IMG/VR virus record: IMGVR_UViG_3300028923_000041
Coordinates: 1-40,874 of that record
Reading direction: 5' to 3' (one strand)
Origin: a virus
Taxonomy: Duplodnaviria > Caudoviricetes
DNA: 40,874 nt
Positions 34,043-40,874 of the stretch are shown here, in pieces (the first letter of the stretch is position 1; the number at the start of each line of letters is the position of its first letter). The notes beneath the pieces are model-generated. The model saw only the letters and a list, made by a program, of their open reading frames with translations, searched no databases and was not told where the DNA came from. Position numbers and translations under genes: made by a program.

Positions 34043-34278
34043 GCTCGCCTCCTGGGCGTGATGTAGCCCTTCTCGGCAATTTGCTTCATGGCATCCAGGC
34101 CGGTTCCGTCATCATGAGCGTTGCAGTTCTCGCGGTAGTCCCTCAGGCTCGTCAGGCAGCGAACCATCCTCTTGCCACCAACTACCTGAACGGGGCCTCG
34201 GCGGTTCAGACAGTCTGCGCAGCTATTGCAGGGCTGCTCGGATTCAGGGGAGAAGGCTGTGAGAGAAGACTGGCTCAT
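34039..34278 (-). CDS. Cys-rich protein (79 aa)
   Basis: CNSCADC...C...C; start MSQSS after GGAGG with ATGA overlap. Confidence 0.6.
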   Translation of the reverse strand: MSQSSLTAFSPESEQPCNSCADCLNRRGPVQVVGGKRMVRCLTSLRDYRENCNAHDDGTGLDAMKQIAEKGYITPRRRA

Positions 34279-34989
34279 TTCCTCCCCTCCCGCAGCCTTC
34301 GGTACAGCGCTTTGCCGGCGTCCCGGATCTCTCCGCGCTTCAAGGGCGGGTGATGAGGCAGGACTACAAGCGATCCGGGCCAGGGACGGCAGATATGGCG
34401 AGTCATGGCCGGAGCTCCTCAATCGTCACTCTGGCAGTCTTGCCCGTGGGCAGGGAGAGCAGCTTCTTGAAGACTCTGACCAGGTCATCCGGGCAGCATA
34501 CTGTGAAGACTGTCGGAGACACTGAAGAGCCTGTCAGGGCTGCGTAGGCTTCGTCCCGTAGAGAGCGATCGGCCATAGTCAGCCTCCGCGCATAGTTCGT
34601 GTCTGCTCGGCAAACCAGACAATGTGGTCTGCATCCATTTTAGGTCTGCAACCTGAAGAGGGGAAGTAGATTTGCTGGCCGTTTGGCAGGGTGCATCCGG
34701 CCCGGTGCTCCAGAGGGGCGCCACCTTTCGCGCCAAGACGCTGGCTCATTCCTGCATCCCCCAGAAATACAGGTCCAGCAACCTGAACAGGGCGAGCATG
34801 CCAAGATAGGATCGTCGCTCCTGGGCTTCCATCAAACGCGGTTCTGGCGGCTGGGGTTGCTCAAGATTGCACCTATTCCTGCGGCTCGTCATGCTCCCAC
34901 TCCCGCAGATGCTTCTGGTCTTTGTTCTGGCAGACCCTGCCGGCCCGGTCGTATATGTGGCGGAGGAGGTCCTGCTCGGTCGGTGTCAT
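34275..34989 (-). CDS. Chain of five microproteins: 34873-34989 (38 aa), 34746-34892 (48), 34579-34749 (56), 34403-34576 (57), 34275-34406 (43)
   Basis: Translated by hand; they tile the gap with ATGA overlaps or near-abutting start/stop and purine-rich RBSs. Confidence 0.6.
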
Positions 34990-35255
34990 GGGGCAGCCTC
35001 TCGCACCTCAATCAATCCAAAATCCTTCTGCCCATTCTCCCGCCAGTACGGCACCACTCTTGCAGTCAGCTCAACTCTGTCGTCACTCCCAGGTATTCTG
35101 GCTGCCCAATGCCTGGCAGGTATCCATGCATGCTGGCTATAGCCGCCTGGGTAGATGAGATCTCGGAGGAGGACGTCTCCTTTCGATGAGATTTTCCGGA
35201 CGGTGGCGAAGAGGTTGATTCGTTGACCCTGGAGAGCAGCAAGAGAACGTCTCAT
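34986..35255 (-). CDS. Hypothetical protein (OB-fold-like)
   Basis: 89 aa; VLLRDL...HAWI...DRVELTARV.PY; ATGA-coupled. Confidence 0.65.
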   Translation of the reverse strand: MRRSLAALQGQRINLFATVRKISSKGDVLLRDLIYPGGYSQHAWIPARHWAARIPGSDDRVELTARVVPYWRENGQKDFGLIEVREAAP

Positions 35256-35467
35256 GCTGCACCACCTACCACGGTGATGTTCAGGCCGGTCGCGTTCTGG
35301 AAAAGCGAGACGTTGAGCGAGTCGCCCACGAAGCTGGAGTTCATCATGCCCTGGCCGGCGATGTGGCCGGAGATCTCCAGGGAGACGGCCTGGGCCAATG
35401 CTATCAGACTAAGCCAGATCAGTGCCAAAAGCGCAGCCAGAGCGATGTCGCGAATGCAGGGCCTCAT
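35252..35467 (-). CDS. Small secreted/membrane putative glycoprotein (71 aa)
   Basis: Signal IALAALLALIWLSLIALAQA; all 4 Asn are in sequons (NSS, NVS, NAT, NIT). Confidence 0.65.
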   Translation of the reverse strand: MRPCIRDIALAALLALIWLSLIALAQAVSLEISGHIAGQGMMNSSFVGDSLNVSLFQNATGLNITVVGGAA

Positions 35468-35601
35468 GCTGCTGCACCACCCAGATAGCAGTCTGCGACG
35501 CAGATACCCAGAAGGGCCATGTACCTGGTAGCCTTGTGGTCCGTTGTGGCCAGCAGACCGCACAGAGCGATTCTGAGGGAAAAGATAGTGCCCCGTCTCA
35601 T
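35464..35601 (-). CDS. Hydrophobic microprotein (45 aa, MRRGTIFSL...), not in the ORF track
   Basis: ATGA overlaps at both ends. Confidence 0.5.
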   Translation of the reverse strand: MRRGTIFSLRIALCGLLATTDHKATRYMALLGICVADCYLGGAAA

Positions 35602-35870
35602 GTCCGCATCCTCCTGGGCACTTCCTTCACATCATAGCCGTCTAGCCGCAGGATTGACACGAACCGGCCCCGCAGGGGCTGAAGCTCGCTTTCCAGCTCT
35701 TCAGGCACGAGCCGCCTGAGGCCTGCCACTGTGACGCAGATCAGGCCATCGTCTGCAGGCTGGATATCTTCGAGCGTGCCACGGAGCTCTCTGTGGTCGC
35801 GAAGGAGCTCAACCGCACTGCCTGCACGGTATTCAGAAAAGCTTATAGGCGCACAAGCAGTGTCACTCAT
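35598..35870 (-). CDS. Hypothetical protein
   Basis: 90 aa; ATGA-coupled. Confidence 0.65.
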   Translation of the reverse strand: MSDTACAPISFSEYRAGSAVELLRDHRELRGTLEDIQPADDGLICVTVAGLRRLVPEELESELQPLRGRFVSILRLDGYDVKEVPRRMRT

Positions 35871-36148
35871 GAGGATCTTGCCTCCTGAGCGGGGCCGGGA
35901 TTCTCCCTTCCCATTATCGCTGCTTTTCCCTTGGTTGTGATTGTCGCCAGGGCATGGCCTTTCTCGGATGAGCGATCTACAGAAATGAAGCCCTGGATTT
36001 CCAGGGCCTTGAGGCGATCGTAGAGAGTTCTCTCATTTCGCCGCCCCGCCGATGGCGCAATTGCACTTGAGAGCGGCTGTCCGGGGTTCTGGTTTACCTC
36101 TTCGAGGAGGCCAAAATCGATTACGTCTAATCCTTTCTTTGTAGACAT
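35867..36148 (-). CDS. MarR-like winged-helix regulator
   Basis: LDVIDFGLLEEV...TLYDRLKALEIQGFI...TITTKGKAAI. Confidence 0.75.
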   Translation of the reverse strand: MSTKKGLDVIDFGLLEEVNQNPGQPLSSAIAPSAGRRNERTLYDRLKALEIQGFISVDRSSEKGHALATITTKGKAAIMGRENPGPAQEARSS

Positions 36149-36404
36149 GTCTCCTTCCCGAACCAGGGAAGGGCCGCACAGTCCGCACTCTCCGCAAAGC
36201 TCTTATGCTTACGGCGCGCGGTTATATGCAGCCGGGGTTGGTCCTCGGGACCTGCTAAGTATCGAGGGAACGACCCTGGCTCTTGACAACTGTAGCTTGG
36301 GCTGTCTATATTTTCGTCAGTACTAATATTCCTTGCGGTATTCTTGTGGATTATATCACCCCTGGATTATTTTAGGCCATGTGCGTGGAGTGAAAGTAAT
36401 ATTC

Positions 36405-36554
36405 TCACTCGGCACGCTCCAGTTCCTTTCGAAGCTCCGCGATGTGAGTGCGGAGGTACCTTTCATTCTCCGAGTTCTTGCGTTTCTTGGCAGTGACGAG
36501 TTGCTTTTGGGCGGCTCGCAACTCGTTCATCAGGAAATCTCTGGGCCGGGACAT
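36405..36554 (-). CDS. Helical microprotein (49 aa, MSRPRDFLMNE...), not in the ORF track
   Basis: TGATG coupling; GGAGG upstream. Confidence 0.55.
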   Translation of the reverse strand: MSRPRDFLMNELRAAQKQLVTAKKRKNSENERYLRTHIAELRKELERAE

Positions 36555-36700
36555 CAGGCTTCAGCCTCCTGGGCTTCTCTTTGGAGGCAGACCGGGCCTA
36601 AGCCAAGGCGCATGGAGCGCTCCTGCGAGAGCTTGCGATGGCAACGGCGGCATTGTCGGTGCTGCTGCTCAGGCTGGGCAGGCTGCTGATCTTCGGTCAT
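36554..36700 (-). CDS. DUF6011-like zinc-finger microprotein (48 aa), not in the ORF track
   Basis: CRRCHRKLSQERSMRLGLGPVC; ATGA overlap. Confidence 0.7.
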   Translation of the reverse strand: MTEDQQPAQPEQQHRQCRRCHRKLSQERSMRLGLGPVCLQREAQEAEA

Positions 36701-36891
36701 GCGAACAGCTCCGGATGCTGCTTTTTCAGCAGAAATTCGGAATACCAGATACGGGCTTCCTGCTCTTCTGCGGGCAGCTCTTCCCAGGCCAGCGTCTCGC
36801 CCTCATCGAGACGCTTGAACAAATGCAGGCAATGCGCTTCGGATTCAATGAGGAGCCTCTTTAATTCCGCGATCTGCTCTTCGGGGGTCAT
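36697..36891 (-). CDS. Hypothetical protein
   Basis: 64 aa; ATGA-coupled. Confidence 0.6.
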   Translation of the reverse strand: MTPEEQIAELKRLLIESEAHCLHLFKRLDEGETLAWEELPAEEQEARIWYSEFLLKKQHPELFA

Positions 36892-37583
36892 GCCGCCCTC
36901 CGGGTTTCAGTCTTGCATTTATCGCAGTAGTATCGCCTAACCGGCTTGCCTTCGAACTCGCCATCATCGATATATGCAGCCGGACCTCTGCACTTCTTGC
37001 AGGGTATGGCAGGAACCTGGGCCTTGTCGCTGCGATCATCGGCTTCTGGATCGTCTCCGGTGCTGATATTGAGAGCCAGCAGGAGAGCATATTTTCTGGC
37101 CTGAGTCTGCGCTTTGCTAAGGGCCTTGTCTCCGCCGTCGTAGCCCTGGCCGATGCCGTCGCTCTGAATTGTCGCTCCTGTTTCGCTGTCGATGATGGTG
37201 AGCCTGGCCAGGACTGTCACCAGCTCCCACATGGCGCCGGTGCTGGTAGTCCTGGGCTGCCTATCCAGGATCTGCAGCTCGTAGATCGTGGCCAGGCCAG
37301 CAGCCACGAAAGCAGGATTTGCTTTCTCCAGGACTGCATCGCTGCTTGCGTATTTGTAGTGCTGCTGTGGATTTTGTTTATCCTTGGGCACTACTGCGCA
37401 TGCCTGCATGACCTTGCAGAGCTTCGCGGCCAATTTGGCCAGATTGGCTGGGTTGGTTTGGCAACCACTCCTGCCAATCACCGGCAGGCCCTCAATGGGC
37501 GAGATGAACTCTTGAAATCCAGTGGTTTGGGCAGCCTCTCGGCTGTCTTCTGGGCCAGTTATGAGCACTGGTTTAGCGGCCAT
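36888..37583 (-). CDS. erf: ERF-family single-strand annealing protein with C-terminal zinc ribbon
   Basis: KDKQNPQQHYKYAS...DKALSKAQTQARKYAL...DDPEAD; CKKC...CDKC. Confidence 0.9.
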   Translation of the reverse strand: MAAKPVLITGPEDSREAAQTTGFQEFISPIEGLPVIGRSGCQTNPANLAKLAAKLCKVMQACAVVPKDKQNPQQHYKYASSDAVLEKANPAFVAAGLATIYELQILDRQPRTTSTGAMWELVTVLARLTIIDSETGATIQSDGIGQGYDGGDKALSKAQTQARKYALLLALNISTGDDPEADDRSDKAQVPAIPCKKCRGPAAYIDDGEFEGKPVRRYYCDKCKTETRRAA

Positions 37584-37584
37584 T

Positions 37585-38034
37585 TCAGATCACCACCTTT
37601 GCCGGATGGAGATCCCCGATAGCGTACAGTTCAGCGGTGTATCGCCTGCTGGCCTTGGAGATCGCCCTTTCTTCTCTGATCATCTCGTACCACTGATCAG
37701 GATCTACCTCCTGTTTTACAGGCGGGGCGACTATTCGGGCTTCTTGTGCCCGTTGAATGGCGCGGTCCAAGTATTCCATCGCAGATCGAATCCATGATAC
37801 CTGGACTGTAGTCTTGCTGGTCTCTTCGATCAGTTCCTGGCGATGCCTCTGGGACATCGCTACCGTCCGGAGGACGCGCTCGATATGCCGCTTGGATTCA
37901 TGCACATCCACGTAAGTCACTTTGTGGGTGTGCGCAAAATCGGCTATCAGGTCCTGCTCGTCCTGGTCGCTGATAGTCGGGACCTTAGGGGCTTTGTCCC
38001 ATTGCAGCAGAGATGATTGTATGGCCATGCTCAA
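37585..38034 (-). CDS. Hypothetical helical protein
   Basis: 149 aa in the operon. Confidence 0.65.
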   Translation of the reverse strand: MSMAIQSSLLQWDKAPKVPTISDQDEQDLIADFAHTHKVTYVDVHESKRHIERVLRTVAMSQRHRQELIEETSKTTVQVSWIRSAMEYLDRAIQRAQEARIVAPPVKQEVDPDQWYEMIREERAISKASRRYTAELYAIGDLHPAKVVI

Positions 38035-38225
38035 ACGCCTCCGTACTCTTTATGCAGTGTTGCATCTGCGGCCCGGACCTTTGAGAGGATCTCGGCCATA
38101 TCGGAGCCGGCGCAGGAGATCTCCCAGTTATAGCCTTTTCTCATCTTCATAATCTTGATTTTTAGCGGCTCAATTTGCGGGCCGAAAAGGTGAGATACGA
38201 TTATCTCTGTGCATCCTACACACAT
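38031..38225 (-). CDS. Small conserved-type viral protein
   Basis: KIMKMRKGYNWEI...DATLHKEYG. Confidence 0.6.
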   Translation of the reverse strand: MCVGCTEIIVSHLFGPQIEPLKIKIMKMRKGYNWEISCAGSDMAEILSKVRAADATLHKEYGGV

Positions 38226-38815
38226 CTAACTTCCTCCTTTATTTTATCACAACATTGTACTACTCGATCCAATGGCATTTCATAAGCACTCCATCTGCGG
38301 AGAGAATACGGAGAATTGCAAATAGTCAGGCTGGCCCGAATGCTCGCTACATCCTTAGGAATTAGCCAAACGTGCTGTGGCTCCAATGATGCCCTGTTAT
38401 CGAATGCTAAACACAGAAAATAATCTGCTGTCTGATTATATCTAATCCGAAATACCCAAGTGCCTAGCCCGAATTTATTGATATATAAGCAGGCACTTTT
38501 TGCATCTATTTTGAAACCTTTGCTGCATATGAAATCATATCCTGGGTTCCCATTAGGCATCCTCTGGATATTGTCAAAGAATTTAGATAATGCCCGTTCA
38601 GCCACGTATATGCCTAAAAATGGGCCACCGCTATTTTTATCTGAACATGGGACATGGTAGCCCCGCCTGTGGCCTCGCTCTCTGACATCAATAGAATCGC
38701 ATGATTTGCAGAGCGTCCTTGGTTTTCCTGCTTTCTTCCCTGTTTTGCGAATATAAAATTGACTTAGAGGTTTATCTATTTTGCATTTTGTGCATATTTT
38801 ATGAGGTTCGCACAT
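38216..38815 (-). CDS. Zinc finger plus PD-(D/E)xK endonuclease (homing endonuclease-like), AT-rich
   Basis: CTKC..KP..QFY...CKSC; AE...GYDF...KIDAKS...ADYFLCLAFD...WLIP. Confidence 0.75.
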   Translation of the reverse strand: MCEPHKICTKCKIDKPLSQFYIRKTGKKAGKPRTLCKSCDSIDVRERGHRRGYHVPCSDKNSGGPFLGIYVAERALSKFFDNIQRMPNGNPGYDFICSKGFKIDAKSACLYINKFGLGTWVFRIRYNQTADYFLCLAFDNRASLEPQHVWLIPKDVASIRASLTICNSPYSLRRWSAYEMPLDRVVQCCDKIKEEVRCV

Positions 38816-38816
38816 T

Positions 38817-38963
38817 TCAGACCACCACCAAACCGGCCTCTACCGCCGTGATTGGCGAGAGGTTATGGCGCTCGGCGCGCTCTTCTGCGGCCTTCTGCTC
38901 TGGGGTCATCGCGGCCTGGATCTTGCGCCGGATGCTTGCGGGGAGTTTTCGGCTGTGTACCAT
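38817..38963 (-). CDS. First early gene, microprotein (48 aa, MVHSRKLP...), not in the ORF track
   Basis: GAGGTGA RBS 8 nt upstream; abuts the next gene. Confidence 0.6.
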   Translation of the reverse strand: MVHSRKLPASIRRKIQAAMTPEQKAAEERAERHNLSPITAVEAGLVVV

Positions 38964-39075
38964 TTTAGAGTCACCTCTGACAATACCATATTATGCATTT
39001 CAAGTATATAAGAATTACCCATTTTTACTGCATAAAGCAATAAACTATATAAACGTGAAACGTATAGTAGGGTAT
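38964..39075. promoter_or_regulatory. Divergent archaeal-type promoter region
   Basis: AT-rich; TTATATA on the minus strand (~39005-39011) and CTATATAAA on the plus strand (~39045-39053). Confidence 0.6.
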
Positions 39076-39273
39076 ATGCGCGAAGAAATGGCCTTAGTGG
39101 AGGTAGATTCGAGGGGTCGCGTGCAAATCCCTCTGCCTATGAGAAAGGCATTAAAAATAGAACCGGGTGACATAATAAGAATAAAAGTAAGTCTGGTCAC
39201 AGACGTGGAAAATGGGGAGAGCGAAAACCCTTGCCCGGCCCTCGCCGCTGAACCCATAGCCACGCTTGCTTAA
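39076..39273 (+). CDS. AbrB/MazE/SpoVT-family DNA-binding protein (65 aa)
   Basis: VDSRGRVQIPLPMRKALKIEPGDII; start MREEM about 23 nt after the TATA box (likely leaderless). Confidence 0.88.
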   Translation: MREEMALVEVDSRGRVQIPLPMRKALKIEPGDIIRIKVSLVTDVENGESENPCPALAAEPIATLA

Positions 39274-39291
39274 GACAGTAGGTGACACTAC

Positions 39292-39699
39292 ATGTCTCAA
39301 GATAATACTGCATTAGCGGAAGCTATAAGCATTGCGGACATTGCGGCCCACCCTGCCGAAGCGATAGCTGCCCTGATAGAAATTGTGAGACGGCAAGGAG
39401 AGCTGCTCAAGGAGCATGAGGCCCGGCTTGACAAGCAGAGTGAGTATATTGCAGATCTAAGATTTCGCGAAGAGCCAGAGCCTTTGCCAAGCCAGAAAGA
39501 TAGGGGTGAGGTGCTCAGAGCCCTCCTGGCCGCCCATAATGGCAAGATGCTCGCGAAAGATGCCCGCCACAAGATGAGATTGAGCGAGACTATTTTCTCA
39601 AGACTCCTCGCGACAATGGCCGAAGATATTGAGGTTCGCCCGCTCCGAACGAACCGGAGATGTCATCTCTTAGTCCTGCGGTCCGTCAAAGAAGGTTGA
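39292..39699 (+). CDS. Coiled-coil protein with C-terminal winged helix
   Basis: 135 aa; AGGTGA RBS; DRGEVLRALL...KMLAKDARHKMRLSETIFSRLL...NRRCHLLVLR. Confidence 0.8.
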   Translation: MSQDNTALAEAISIADIAAHPAEAIAALIEIVRRQGELLKEHEARLDKQSEYIADLRFREEPEPLPSQKDRGEVLRALLAAHNGKMLAKDARHKMRLSETIFSRLLATMAEDIEVRPLRTNRRCHLLVLRSVKEG

Positions 39700-39889
39700 C
39701 CGCAAGTGTCAAGTATTGCGCTCTATTCTCCTCAACCCCTTTCAATTTGACTAGGAATTGAGGGAAATAACAGCCTTTTCTGATATTGTTTAGTCTGGAA
39801 AATAGATAAAATTAGATTAAAATAATTCTAAAAAGTAAAGTCGTGGAAAGCATCCTGCAATACTTGACACTTGACCGCAAGTATTGCGC
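39695..39889. repeat. Inverted-repeat element 2 (candidate origin or binding array)
   Basis: Perfect 17 bp IR CAAGTGTCAAGTATTGC (39703-19) / GCAATACTTGACACTTG (39857-73), plus direct copies of TTGACCGCAAGT; AT-rich spacer. Confidence 0.85.
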
Positions 39890-39916
39890 AAAATGGTGAT
39901 ATTTAAGTTGCACTCC

Positions 39917-40273
39917 TCAACCAGTGTATCCACCTTTTAAGTATAATGTCTCTTGTGCCTGTAATTTTTGACCATCAAACACACCGACATATACCCCGGA
40001 AAACCTATTTGGATATTCTTGAATTACCCTTATCATCGCGTCCATAACCCACTCCGCTTTTGCTGTTAGCATATCCGGATCCTTACTATCATATTCCTGA
40101 AGAAAGTAATTTGCTATCAGGCTATCATTTTCGATAGTCACGACTGTACCATCAATCGTGCTATCAGAGGCTATCACGCCTTTCGCGAAGATTGATATTT
40201 CATAATCAGACGCGGCTGAGGACATCTCTATAAATGCCAGAAGTATTAGGCACAAAATGAATATCTTAGACAT
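39917..40273 (-). CDS. Secreted hypothetical protein
   Basis: 118 aa; signal KIFILCLILLAFIEMSSA. Confidence 0.7.
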   Translation of the reverse strand: MSKIFILCLILLAFIEMSSAASDYEISIFAKGVIASDSTIDGTVVTIENDSLIANYFLQEYDSKDPDMLTAKAEWVMDAMIRVIQEYPNRFSGVYVGVFDGQKLQAQETLYLKGGYTG

Positions 40274-40334
40274 AACTGACAGATGAACAGCATGGCCAAA
40301 AGGTTTTTCGTTAGAAAATATTAATCAAGGTGTT

Positions 40335-40874
40335 ATGAAAACTATCGCCTTTCTACTGGTATTGGCGGCCCTAATAGTGCCGTGTATGGCTGAGCCAGAC
40401 AGCGTCACCACAGGCCCATATACAATCTCCTTCGACCTGGGCTTACCTCATGATGCATATACGGTCTCTATAGAGGACCCCACAGAATCAGAGACTCTAA
40501 GTGGAGACGCCAAGATAAAATATTCTGTGAAAATTAATAATAAAACAGGAGTAACGCGGCTGGCGACATTATCGCTCACTGAAAGCAAAATAGAGACCAA
40601 AATGACGGGCGAAGAAATGGCTGCATCCATGAAATCCATCTTCACAAAATCTGGATTCAAATCGGTAGAATCCGCCGCAAGGACCATCGATGGCCAGGAT
40701 GGGGCAATTGTCTCTGGATATATCACCGTCAGCGGAATTAAAATCAAAACCTACCAAGCATCCTATTATCCTACGGAGGACACCACGTTTTTCGTAACAT
40801 CGTCATACCCCTGGGACGAGGGTACCTTGCAGCTCCTCAAGACCATCCATATAGAACGGAATGCGACGGTCTAG
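40335..40874 (+). CDS. Secreted hypothetical protein (Methanothrix-type family, from recollection)
   Basis: 179 aa; signal peptide; PDSVTTGPY.ISFDLG...RTIDG..G...SSYPWDEGTLQLLKTIH. Confidence 0.75.
   Translation: MKTIAFLLVLAALIVPCMAEPDSVTTGPYTISFDLGLPHDAYTVSIEDPTESETLSGDAKIKYSVKINNKTGVTRLATLSLTESKIETKMTGEEMAASMKSIFTKSGFKSVESAARTIDGQDGAIVSGYITVSGIKIKTYQASYYPTEDTTFFVTSSYPWDEGTLQLLKTIHIERNATV

Larger units (their letters stand above)
24..39900 (-). mobile_element. Tailed archaeal virus/provirus (siphovirus-like); boundaries not determined
   Basis: Co-oriented terminase, portal, scaffold, MCP, head-tail, tail tube and TMP genes plus an early region. No sheath gene, integrase or att site recognised in the window. 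Confidence 0.92.

Noticed and set aside
39695-39889. Mini-CRISPR array, att site or IS/MITE ends
   Set aside because: There are no regularly spaced direct repeats with unique spacers, no transposase or integrase, and no evident target-site duplication. A non-autonomous element cannot be fully excluded.
1-40874. Stop-codon reassignment or pyrrolysine readthrough
   Set aside because: Core genes are full-length under the standard code, with no in-frame TAG/TGA splitting a recognisable domain.

Overview
The window holds most of a tailed (HK97-fold, siphovirus-like) virus or provirus genome, with nearly all genes on the minus strand. The host is probably an archaeon, most likely a Methanothrix-like methanogen; this is inferred from TATA boxes, GGTGA/GGAGG ribosome-binding sites, secreted proteins rich in N-x-S/T sequons, and a terminal gene I recall as a Methanothrix family. 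Read right to left, there is an AbrB-type divergent switch, then an early region: PD-(D/E)xK nuclease, ERF annealase, R2K-type ATP-grasp, many wHTH proteins and translationally coupled microproteins. Next come TerS, TerL, portal, scaffold and major capsid, then a head-accessory/fibre module, head-tail joining genes, a MuF-GNAT fusion with a small partner, and a holin-like cluster. The tail genes follow: tube, chaperones, tape measure, two paralogous hub-like proteins and a Dit-like gene. I recognised no integrase, replicative enzyme, endolysin, tRNA or CRISPR array. The most unusual signals are: (1) two coiled-coil/wHTH genes, each ending in the same ~200 bp inverted-repeat element (candidate initiator plus origin); (2) a capsid-accessory-type gene directly after the MCP with a signal peptide and 8 N-glycosylation sequons; (3) a MuF-GNAT effector with a coupled Cys/His partner; (4) duplicated tail-tip genes sharing an exact in-frame 30 bp repeat; (5) two antisense genes inserted in the tail operon with the same stop-overlap geometry. 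All family calls come from motif recognition by eye; no database search was run.
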